Shown here piece after piece: positions 48,079 through 59,100 of a DNA stretch of 64,000 nucleotides; position 1 is the first letter of the stretch; each line of letters begins with the position of its first letter. This DNA is from Macrostomum hystrix. Lineage: Eukaryota; Animalia; Platyhelminthes. A program made the position numbers and the translations under genes. The notes under the pieces were generated by a model. The model was not told where the DNA came from. It worked only from the letters and a program-made list of their open reading frames with translations, and made no database searches. The DNA lies in contig CATNEN010000037.1 of assembly GCA_950097015.1 (NCBI GenBank), positions 62,001 to 126,000 of the forward strand, given 5' to 3'.

Positions 48079-51000
48079 TTATGGTGATGATGATGATGAG
48101 GCTGATGCCGGCGGGTAGCTCCAGTAGTGACGGTAGTTACCTGAGAATTCCGAAACTACAATGTTCAACCTCTTGTAATGCGATTCCTGTAATGTGACTC
48201 CTGTAATGTGACTCCTGTAATGTGACTCCTGTAATGTGACTCCTGTAATGTGACTCCTGTAATGTGACTCCTGTAATGTGACTCCTGTAATGCGATTCCT
48301 GTAATGTGACTCCTGTAATGTGACTCCTGTAATGTGACTCCTGTAATGCGATTCCTGTAATGTGACTCCTGTAATGTGACTCCTGTAATGTGACTCCTGT
48401 AATGTGACTCCTGTAATGTGACTCCTGTAATGTGACTCCTGTAATGTGACTCCTGTAATGTGACTCTTGTAATGCGATTCCTGTAATGTGACTCCTGTAA
48501 TGTGACTCCTGTAATGCGATTCCTGTAATGTGACTCCTGTAATGTGACTCTTGTAATGCGATTCCTGTAATGTGACTCCTGTAATGTGACTCCTGTAATG
48601 CGATTCCTGTAATGTGACTCCTGTAATGTGACTCCTGTAATGCGATTCCTGTAATGTGACTCCTGTAATGTGACTCCTGTAATGCGACTCCTGTAATGTG
48701 ACTCCTGTAATGCGACTCCTGTAATGTGACTCCTGTAATGTGACTCTTGTAATGCGACTTTTATTATACCTACCTCATGTTGATTTTGCTGCTGCTGCTG
48801 CTGCTGCTGCTGCTGTGCATTAGTATCGGTGGCCTGACTTTTCGCCGCAGAAGCCGCAGGCGCACCAGTTTCAGCCATAGACAGTAAGGTGACCGCTTTC
48901 TCCAGAGCAGCCCTAGTGAGCTTCGAGATAACAGCCAAGTCGGACTCGCTGATGCCTGCATGGCAACTGCCAGTCTTCAACGCCTTGGCTTCGACGCGAA
49001 GGCTGGGCCGACTCGACAGCCGAAGCGAGGCGTCAAAGCCACGTGGGCAAAGGCGCAGATTTAGGGAGGCCTTGAATGTAAATATTGTTTTGTTGGCAAT
49101 GAGCTGACATGTTAGACACAAGCGAAACTGTTAGATATGTTAGACACAAGCTCACATGTTAGACACAAGCTCACATGTTAGACACAAGCTCACATGTTAG
49201 ACACAAGCTCACATGTTAGACACAAGCTCACATGTTAGACACAAGCTCACATGTTAGACACAAGCTCACATGTTAGACACAAGCTCACATGTTAGACACA
49301 AGCTCACATGTTAGACACAAGCTCACATGTTAGACACAAGCTCACATGTTAGACACAAGCTCACATGTTAGACACAAGCTCACATGTTAGACACAAGCTC
49401 ACATGTTAGACACAAGCTCACATGTTAGACACAAGCTCACATGTTAGACACAAGCTCACATGTTAGACACAAGCTCACATGTTAGACACAAGCTCACATG
49501 TTAGACACAAGCTCACATGTTAGACACAAGCTCACATGTTAGACACAAGCTCACATGTTAGACACAAGCTCACATGTTAGACACAAGCTCACATGTTAGA
49601 CACAAGCTCACATGTTAGACACAAGCTCACATGTTAGACACAAGCTCACATGTTAGACACAAGCTACAGGAAGACTTACCTCAGCTTCAACATCCAGCAG
49701 GGCGACTTCGCACGAAGTTTCGTCCCCAACGCCGTTGGAACGCAGCTTGGCCAGCAGGCGAACCTCGTCCGCCCGCAGCTTCAGCCGGATCTGCAGCTCG
49801 TGAGTGTCAACGCAATGTCCGGCCCCGGCCGATTGAATCTGTGGCGGCAGACTGCCGACTAGTAGGGCTTCGAATCGCAACGGCTGTGAGAAATTAAAAC
49901 AAAAATCAACTCTCAACAAAGCGTTTTGACATTCGAATATGAAAAAAACATCGTGTTTTCGAGAGCAGAAAGCAGAAAAAGAAATTAATTCTTTCAATAT
50001 CAATTATACGATCTAAAAAAACATTGCGAATTGTCTTCCAACCCCAACGCAACAGACTAAACTATTAACGCACCTGGGACCAGTCAGACATGGAAGAGTG
50101 ACACTGCCATCCCTGTCTGTCCGAACTGTTATCCCAGACCTACAGACCTGTATCGTCTTAATCTGAAGGATTGCATTCCATAATCTTGGGTGGAGGAGAG
50201 AAAAGTTGGTCGCGGTGTTATTTCTGTCCACAATTAGTGCAGTCCAAGAAATGGCTGCAATCCGTCTATAAGAAGGAGCTCAATGGTTCACTCCGATTCT
50301 GCCTAGCAACCACCTGACTAATTAACTCAGAGCCCTTCCGAGTGATTCAGTTTTGAACCAACCTTCTAGTAGCTGCATGCGTGCTGAAGGCATTGTATTT
50401 TTGCCTGTACAGTTTTCTTTCTATCTGCACTGCTGAAATCATGTGGTTGTCGACATATCACATGCTTCAATCATGTCACACATACTGTTATCATGTCACA
50501 CACACTGTTATCATGTCACATATACTGTTATCATGTCACACATACTGTTTTCATGTCACACATACTGTTATCATGTCACATATACTGTTATCATGTCACA
50601 CATACTGTTTTTATGTCACACATACTGTTATCATGTCACACTACTGTTTTCATGTCACACATACTGTTATCATGTCACACTACTGTTATCATGTCACACT
50701 ACTGTTATCATGTCATACTACTGTTATCATGTCACACTACTGTTATCATGTCACACTACTGTTATCATGTCACACTACTGTTATCATGTCACACACATAC
50801 TGTTTTCATGTCACAAATACTGTTATCATGTCACACATACTGTTATCATGTCACACATACTGTTATCATGTCACATATACTGTTATCATGTCACACACAT
50901 ACTGTTTTCATGTCACACATACTGTTATCATGTCACACATACTGTTATCATGTCACATATACTGTTATCATGTCACACATACTGTTTTCATGTCACACAT

Positions 51001-52780
51001 ACTGTTATCATGTCACACTACTGTTATCATGTCACACTACTGTTATCATGTCACACTACTGTTATCATGTCACACATGCTTCAATCATGTCACACTACTG
51101 TTATCATGTCACACTACTGTTTTCATGTCACACTACTGTTATCATGTCACACATGCTTCAATCATGTCACACTACTGTTATCATGTCACACAAGCTTCAA
51201 TCATGTCACACTACTGTTTTCATGTCACACATGCTTTAATCATGTCACACATACTGTTATCATGTCGCACATACTGTTATCATGTCACACACACTGTTAT
51301 CATGTCACACATACTGTTATCATGTCACACATACTGTTATCATGTCACACACACTGTTATCATGTCACACACACTGTTATCATGTCACTCTGCAGTCCTC
51401 ATAAAAACCAAGGGCAAAGAAATAATGAAAAAACTAACTCAAATATCGGGACATGGATAGTTAAAAATCTCAAAAATAAGGCTACGAAAACAGTGTCCAG
51501 TTACCAAATGCGATTCGAGAATCCGAAAATTGAGAGAATGATTTATCTGCGTTGCCTTGGCAACAAGGCTCAAGCCAGCTTAGGAGAAGGATTCTGCTTT
51601 ATCTCGTAGGAATGATTGAGGGGGGTGTTCGGTTAGCTTATCGCGGGGTCGAGGCCGATAAGACGGTAGACTTGATGCAGAGGCCTGGCTTTAATTATGG
51701 CATCCTACAAAATATCTTTACAGATAGAGGCATAGAAGGAATAAAAGGGGAGAATTCAAGTCCAACTGCATTCGCTTCAAGTACTTTAGGGTGCCTACAA
51801 AACAGCTGTCTTTGGTCAACGCCGAACAGATATCGATAAGCGCAAAGATTTCACTAGTGCAGGGTCGGCAAACTATTTAGCAAGCGGGTCATAGTGAAAA
51901 CCTAAAAAACGACTGCGGGCCGCATTTACTGTAAAAAATATGAGAAAGGGGAGAGATCAGACCGCGGAGAGATAAGACATGGAATATATGATACAGCGGA
52001 GATATGTGACACGGGAGAGATAAGACAGGGGGAGATGAGACAGGGGGGAGATGAGACAGGGGAGAGATGAGACAGGGGAGAGATGAGACATGGGAGAAAT
52101 GAGACACGGGAGAGAAAAGACAGGGGAGAGATGAGACGGGAGAGATGAGACGAGACCATGGAGAGATAAGACAGGATACTGTAGGTATTAGAAGGGGGCC
52201 GGACTTTGGGAGCTTCAAGGGCCGCATCTGGCCCGCGGGCTAGAGTTTGCTTACCCCTGCACTAGTGCTTTTATGATCCTATCCTATTCACTGTTATCAA
52301 GATCAACGAGAGTATGAACACACGCGCACTCTCTCTTACATTAGCAACCTTGGCGCAACCGTCGCCTTCGTTGGCGAGCTCCGCCATCGCGACATTCAAC
52401 GCCGACAGCCAACGAGCCTCTAGCAGGCGTGGAATGGCATTGATATTGCCGACGCCGACTTCGTCGGTACCGATGGATTGGCGAGCCCCGACTGCGGCCT
52501 TGTTCAAAAAGAACCACGTGACCAGGGCGTTAAGCCAATCGCAGGTTTCTCCGCTAGCTGTCTCAGTATAATTGGAATCGGCTTTCACCGTTGGCGCTCG
52601 CCTGCGACCGCGTTGCCATGACAACAAAATAGCCAGCAGAATAAGGATAGAGCCGATCAATAGAATGACGAAGAGGGCAATTGATGCTGACATGGCTGCA
52701 GCTGCCGCAGAGGTGACACTGCGAAAGCTGCCACCTCCGCCAAAGCCAGCGGAAGCAACTGGCTTAGGTTGATGCAGCAT
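39730..52780 (-). CDS. C2CD2L: C2CD2/C2CD2L (TMEM24)-like ER-anchored lipid-transfer protein: N-terminal TM, SMP domain, C2 domain, low-complexity tail
   Basis: Phase-consistent exons 52780-52349 (TM IALFVILLIGSILILLAILL; ETCDWLNALVTWFFL), 49883-49680, 49103-48774, 48140-47743 (RLLVKVIKA..AYACLELDEPYQRH..NPYWDQHY), 46728-46427 (FDLN..LHVFD..LLGSASV..TLTAEFLF), 45862-45671, 44520-44359, 40497-40220, and a tentative last exon 39788-39730. Extra candidate exons near 43667-43546, 42613-42557 and 41139-41097 are unresolved. C2CD2 vs C2CD2L cannot be separated. Confidence 0.78.
39832..40205. repeat. 20-bp minisatellite (ACTGGGTCATTGAGGTACAA)
   Basis: Direct reading; fills the intron between exons ending 40220 and starting 39788. 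Confidence 0.95.
40512..41050. repeat. 31-bp minisatellite (CGAGAAGGGAAGAAATTCGATGGGAGATTTT)
   Basis: Period 31 read directly; source of overlapping FREG/WEIF/SPIEF ORFs on both strands. Confidence 0.97.
41500..42000. repeat. 17-19-bp degenerate minisatellite (ATTCACAGAAATCCCAAT)
   Basis: Direct reading. Confidence 0.92.
42658..43315. repeat. 32-bp minisatellite (AAACTGGACCGCATCATTGTGTTCCTGATTAT), array 1
   Basis: Period 32 read directly. Confidence 0.97.
44808..45190. repeat. 32-bp minisatellite, array 2 (same unit as 42658-43315)
   Basis: Same consensus, in the intron on the other side of exon 44520-44359. Confidence 0.97.
45890..46280. repeat. 32-bp CCAAT-containing minisatellite (TTGACCAATCAGACTCTTGGCTACAACTATGC)
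   Basis: Direct reading; more degenerate at the left end. Confidence 0.93.
46840..47650. repeat. 16-bp G-rich minisatellite (AGTGGGGATTCTACTG)
   Basis: Direct reading; fills the intron splitting the C2 domain. Confidence 0.96.
48170..48760. repeat. 14-bp minisatellite (CTGTAATGTGACTC), about 42 copies
   Basis: Period 14; fills intron 48141-48773; source of the TLQESHYRSHITGV ORF. Confidence 0.97.
49108..49665. repeat. 19-bp near-perfect minisatellite (ATGTTAGACACAAGCTCAC), about 28 copies
   Basis: Direct reading; fills intron 49104-49679. Confidence 0.98.
50455..51390. repeat. 19-20-bp minisatellite (CATGTCACACATACTGTTAT)
   Basis: Direct reading; source of three overlapping His/Cys-rich ORFs. 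Confidence 0.97.
51860..52259. mobile_element. Second copy of the hAT MITE (400 bp) in intron 1 of the C2CD2L-like gene
   Basis: Ends CAGGGTCGGCAAACT / AGTTTGCTTACCCCTG; perfect 8-bp TSD CACTAGTG at 51852-51859 and 52260-52267; same subterminal sequences and internal GAGAGATGAGAC repeats as 36867-37525. Confidence 0.92.
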
Positions 52781-55700
52781 GGCGTTTTGCTGTCTGCCTT
52801 ACGCTGATTCGAAAAAAGCACGCAGCATTGGATCAGATGGATTAGGCGAGCCAAAAAATAACTGAAAACTGAAAATTTTCTCGCTTGAGCAATTTGCTCG
52901 TTAGAACAAAGCGGCCCCAAATTCTGCCCTAGGCTAGAATTTTTAGTTTCATGTCCAAATGAGCAACTGGGGCAGGGTAGGAGAAAGAAAGAGGGATAGA
53001 TAGGACAGGGGGAAGAGGGAGAGGCCAATGAGAGATGCTTCTGGTGAATGCTGCACTGAACTGAAACAGCAGACTCCTACTCTTTTTTCTCTCCTATTTT
53101 GTCTGCAAATGAGCCAAGGGGGAATACATGCATTTTTACGATTTTTAGCTATTTAATTTTTAAGTACCCACGGTACATATTTCTATTGGCCATCATGACG
53201 ACTGTTAGATTTGCTTAAGGGAAGAGAAATGTATATTATAGAAGTGGAGACACGTGGACAGCAGATAGAGATTGGACATCAATTAGGATTAGGCAAATAA
53301 TGTCTGACTTGTACTTCTCTTAAAGTATAAATGTCTGTCTACATTTAGCGATTGAAATCACTTCTTTAAAGGCTGAATGTGAATAAAGTGCAGATTTTCC
53401 AATGAAGCAATTAGCAATAAACTATTGTGATGGATTTAAGTGCTAGCTCCTATTTACTATCAATGTCAGAATCATAGATTCTGAAGGGTATAAAATAAAT
53501 AGTTGTATAATTCTTTGTATAGTTGATTATAATGAAAGTGCAGACTTTTAGCAAAATAAACTAATCAACTCAGTTTTTCATACAATGATTACATTCTTAC
53601 AATTCATGTACCGCCATAACCGCCATTAGATAAAAAATATGCTTGGCATGTATCAGTTCACTAGTTGGTATTAATATCTCATAGCTGCATTGCAAAGGTG
53701 TTACAAAACAGGATCATATAGTCACAACATAGAAGATAATTTTAAGAGAATAAAAGAGAATTAAACCTTATCAGTTCTAAAACATAATAAAAACACGGTT
53801 CTATGTGTGAAATATATATAAAACAAATATGAATGATATTGTCTTTTACAGACATGTTAATCTTCTTTTGAGTTATTGAAGTACAGAAACACAATATACT
53901 TTGTGTTTGGCGAACTTGCTAATAAAAAATGGCAATTTGAGCAATTACATATGTAAAATTTTATTTTCATTTTTCGATTGAACAATGAAAATTTATTGCA
54001 CTCGAAGTTAGTTTCTTTCGTGTTGCATATTTGCCAATTAATTAATGCAGACAACGAAAGTATATGGAGAAGGGAACATCTAATGTGTAACACACTAGAG
54101 CTCTATTACATATAAAAACGAACATGTTAAGCATAGAAAAGAAGTTCTGTTTAATAAATCATACGGATCACTGCAACTATTCCGGATGCAAAGAAAATAA
54201 ATATGATTCACATCGATTTTGTGATAGAAGTTCACAGCCGATTATATTATCGCTTGCTTTAAAATTAACATGCAATTCTTGGTTTCAGATTTCGTAGAAA
54301 ATACAGCATTTTGAAGAGACTTGATTACTTAATTATCATATTTTACTTCGAGGACATTTATCATTAATTGTGACACTGTAAAATCTTTTAAGACGCAAAA
54401 ACCAACTAATAATACATACATTCTCATTTACGAAACTTCTTTAGAAACCTTTGTTAAGTTATGTAAAGGCAAATGCTCTTCCCAGGAAACGATTACTTGT
54501 ACTTGAAAAAAAAATGCTTTTAGATTGTAAACGTAAACTTTTTTCACATCTAGCAACTATGCTAAACAGCTTACAATGCAATTATTTTTTCTCCTATATA
54601 GTAGGAAACTATATAGGTATGAAACTATGAAACTATATAGGCCCTAGGTAATAAAAATATACTAAACATTTTTGTCATTAAGAGTCTTAGGACCGTGAGC
54701 ACTGCCATTGGCGTGTCATTTAGTGACCAGTAGTTACTGTAGCCTGTAGGATCCTAGACACTTCGTCATCTTACAACTTCGTCATCTTACAACTTTGTCA
54801 TTCACTTGGAAGGTAGGACACTTCGTCATCCAGCCAATTGGCATGCTTTAAAGTTTTGGACAGATATTGGATATAAATTACATTAGGCCTACAAGCTCCC
54901 AACCTTTCTCTTTGTGGCTGCGAACCAAACTATTTTGGCCTTGATGTGGAATCAAGCTTGGCAACTTTGGTACAACAGTCCTCAGTGTGAAGCAAGTTGT
55001 AGGCCAACCAGGCAAAGTTAGACTTGTATTTTTGCTTCTTGGTAGTGCTTATCAGCACAGTCCTGTGTTTTAGAGCCATCTTTATCCACATGCAACTGTA
55101 TATCCTAGCCATGTGAATGCCCAAATTTTCCAAATAAATTGATTTTAGTAGGCCTAGTTTCTTTACTTGATTCAATCAAGCATTTTTGACAGTTTACAAT
55201 TGAGCTTATTGGAGTTATATATTTATTAAACCCAAAATAGTAAATACAATGTGGTGGTCTATTCTAGCAAGCTGCCATGCAGATAAGGTAGAAACTATTG
55301 ACATGGATCAGTGTGAATAAAGTCTGCACTATTTGCATGGGACTGCACCAAAAAGCACTGTCTTCTTAAATGCAATTTATAATTTCACAGTTTCAAAACT
55401 ATTACATTTTTCTTTTTTTGTAATTTTATATGAAAATCATGTATTTAATTAGCTATCAAGATGACAAATTCTTGATAACTGAGGATATCAAATAGTGAAT
55501 TGTGAATATGTCTAAAGTAAATAGTTTTAATTAAGTTTAAATCTGTGCATATAATCCTTTTTTTGTTTTCAAGCCTAAAAAATTTTGAACCATTAGTAGT
55601 TGTTACTAGATTTTAAACTTAATAATGCATGTAGTAAGGAAATATATATATATATATATCATTGGTCTACTTATTTTATCATAGGTCTATAAGGAAATTA

Positions 55701-56195
55701 TAAATGATTTGATAATTAAATTGGTGATAGTTAATTTTTATTATGTTAGGTCAATTCAAACAATGATTGAAAAAAGAAGTGTTAGTTCATATTAAGGCCA
55801 TTAGTTTAAAGTTTCTTGAAAATCAAGACACTTACAAGTAAATCTTTAGTTTTTTACTAGAGGATCATAGAAAAAAATTCTATCTAGCTCTAAAATTATC
55901 TAGTAATATAGTATCTAGTAGTATATGTAGTAACAACTGGCCTTTTGGCTATTGAAAGTTAGGATCAACTTGTCAATTAGTTTCATGTTTTAGGGAATCT
56001 CGAAAACCATTGTAATGTTGCTTAGTATATGCAATGGTCTACAGGCACTCTAGTTAACATAGTGATGACTACATAAATTCCTAACGAAATCCTAAGAAAA
56101 GTACTTGAAATTTTTGTAGGTAGGTTTGTTTGTAGGTAGGTAGGTATATTTCAGATTTCAGCATCTCAAATTTCAGATCTCAACCGCAAGCAAAC

Positions 56196-59100
56196 ATGTC
56201 CACCAATCTTGAGAAGCGATTATCTCGTGTTCTCGAGCCAGACATTGCTAGCCATGTGGCCGGCTACATGGCTAACATGCCTGACAGATCTGACGCCTTG
56301 GAATATCTGGCAGAATTTATTGATCGTTCAAATTCGCGACACATCGCCCTGCTGGCCGAACTTCGCGCCGAATGGCTTCCAAATCCTGCTAGCGCCACTG
56401 TCCAGCTTACCCCGGAACTAGTTCAGGCTGCCTCAGTTGGCCTAGATAAAAAGAGACAAATCGCAAAATCATCTTCTGCTTCCGCCGGTTCGGCAAATTC
56501 TACTACTACTTCTAGTAGTAGACGCAGTGGCGACAAATTTGTGCCACTATTTAGCGAACTTGGCGATCAGATAGCGGTTGCTATGCTGCCCGGTAGGCAC
56601 CACTGCGACTGCGTTGCCACAAAGCACAGCCTGGTTAATAACTGCATGAGCTGCGGCCGCATTGTTTGCCAACAGGAGGGCTCTGGACCGTGCATGTTCT
56701 GCGGGGAACTGGTAGCTAGTAAAGAACAGACTGAGGTTAGTTTGCTTTGTTTATCTGTGCTTGAAGTTGGAAACTGTTATTATTAGATTTCATGGAGGTC
56801 GAATTTCATCCCAAAATGAAAAATTGGATCCGAGATTCAACCAGCTATAGAATGGGTTCAGCGTCAGCTAAAGTACGAATCTGCGTGGGTGTTGCCCTCC
56901 TAGTCCACGGACTGAAGGCCCCACTCAATAGCTGTGGCTGGCAGTGTGACCACAGTCCATTTTGAAAATAATTGAGCAGGACTAATTTTTTTGAGCATCA
57001 ACATTAGGCATTGTTTTTGGGAAAAAACCGCTTTATATAAAATAAAATAATAAACAAAAAAAACAAAAATTTTACTTTTTAAGTCACAAAAACCTTAAAA
57101 ACATTTTTTATCCAGTGATGTATGATTTTTAACTCAGGCAACGGCCCTGTGACACTGACACGCTTTTCATGTATTTCCAAATTCCAGACTTCCCACTTCA
57201 CTGCGCCGGTTTGAAATCAGTCTCAAATCGTATCTCAAATCATGTCATGTCTTAAAATACGAGTAAAATCTAATTATTATAGACGTTAAGTTTCCACTCA
57301 TATTATCGTCCAGCGATTCACTTCTTTTTCTTCTCAGCTGGCGCTTTTTTAGCTCGGCTGCTTTGGCGCTTCCGCAGTTGTTGATCTTGTTGATACGCCT
57401 TTTGGAGCATCTCCTGTGCCATCTTTCGCATTTCGTCGATTACCTTAAGCTCAGCAGCTTCGTCCTCTTGTTTTTTGTCTTTTCCCGCTCATTGGCCTTC
57501 TGACGCTGCATGTTTAGCCCCTTCTGAAGCCGGTTCATTGTTTCTTCACGCTCCTTTGCCTTAGCACGTGCTTCGGCGGTTGCACGGGCATCGAAGCTGA
57601 GGTCCAACAGCGAGCGGTCAATGCAAAAATCGGATGGCTCTTTTCCGAAGGCCTTTAGCCAGGACTTGTTGGACAAAAGACAGTCCAGTGTATAATCGGC
57701 CAGCTGGTTTCGCTGCTTCGTGAGATTGTTGGCAATCAATTTGATGACCCGCTCACTGTCGGCGTTTCCATGCGGTAGGCTGCATGCAGCACGACCAAGC
57801 CGGGCCAGCAGTGGAAATTCCTCACACGGCAATGCGGCCCAGAACTTTTCCGGTTCTTTGACTCTAGCGAGCTCCTCAATCGAAGCGACACGCAAGCGCA
57901 ACTGAATGACTTCCAGTCGCAGGTCGTCTAGACGAGCGGGTTCAATTACAGTCGGCATAGCCTTAGCAATCAGAATGACCGTCTCTTCCAAATTCAATTG
58001 GTGATCGAGCAGTTTATTTGGGTCAACAAAGCGCAAGCCTCGTAGAAGTTTGCTTTCCAACGGCAGGTAGGCAAAGAAGCGACTGGTGAGCTCAACATAA
58101 AAGTCTCGTACTGCCTTAAAAAACCCACTCGATCGATTTTGGGCAGGCGGCCAATAGTGGTCCTGGTGTTGGCTCCTATTATCAGGTCAGCGTTGACTAG
58201 CTGGTTAGAGCGATCTTTTGCAGCAGTGAAGAGATCGGAGAGTGATGTTGCCGCCTCCACCACGTCAGGACGAACAAATCCGAGCAGCATGTCGCTACAA
58301 AGCTGGTCAAGAGCGGCTGATAGCAGGTGGATTTGCGTAGCTTCACGCTGAAACAACTTCTGGACCTTTTCACAGTGCGGCAGCGTCTGCTCCAAAAACT
58401 GTAGTCGTACCAGCGTTCGGTCGTGAAGATTATTTTTTATTCGATCTGCAGTGGGCTTCATCTTACAAACTGAGGTCACTGGCTTGCTGAAGTACTCCTT
58501 GAGTGCATCCCACTGCTCTAGCACACGCCTGACAACTGCTAGCACTTGCAGCCACCGAGTTTCCACTCGCCTAAGAAAGACGTGCTGGGACAGCTCCATT
58601 GAGTCCTGAAGCTGGATGTGAAAATAGTATTGATGTGCTACTGTGGTGGGGATGTCTGTATCTAATTTCTATTACTGTTAATTTGAAGGACTACTATACC
58701 TCTTGGAAACTGTGGCGGCGTCCAGAGTAGCGGAAGAAATTGTATATGTCTTCCACAAGGGCTTCCACTGCACAATCGTCGTCAAATGCGCGCACAGCGT
58801 ACTGTACACTGTTATGAATATGGTGAAGGCTACAGCCCCAACGTCAATAAGATGGTGCATGTCGGCATCGGCACGCAGCTTCATCACCAGGCCACCGCGG
58901 GATCCTGAAGTGAAAAAACACAAGAGTTGATGAGTTAGACTTAAATAAGAACACTGGGGCATAATGTTAATCGCTGTTACTTACCTCGCATAGCATTGCA
59001 GTTGTCTGTCATAATGGACATGACGTTCTCGGTCGGCAAATGGTTGTCCTTGAGCATTTTCAGGACCAATCCTTTCATGCCATCGGCAGTTGAGTCAACC

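Noticed and set aside
40500-51609. Long ORFs from arrays (FREG/WEIF, TLQESHY, HVTHTVIMS, SHLSRVSSL at 36839-37627 and 51889-52227, QQHQTA at 35525-36112)
   Set aside because: All coincide with tandem arrays inside introns or MITEs, occur in several frames at once, and show no domain signal.
53050-56100. Hidden gene in the AT-rich spacer between the divergent C2CD2L-like and TRIP4 starts
   Set aside because: Only short AT-rich ORFs and a small ACTTCGTCATC triplet near 54760-54830; nothing supportable.
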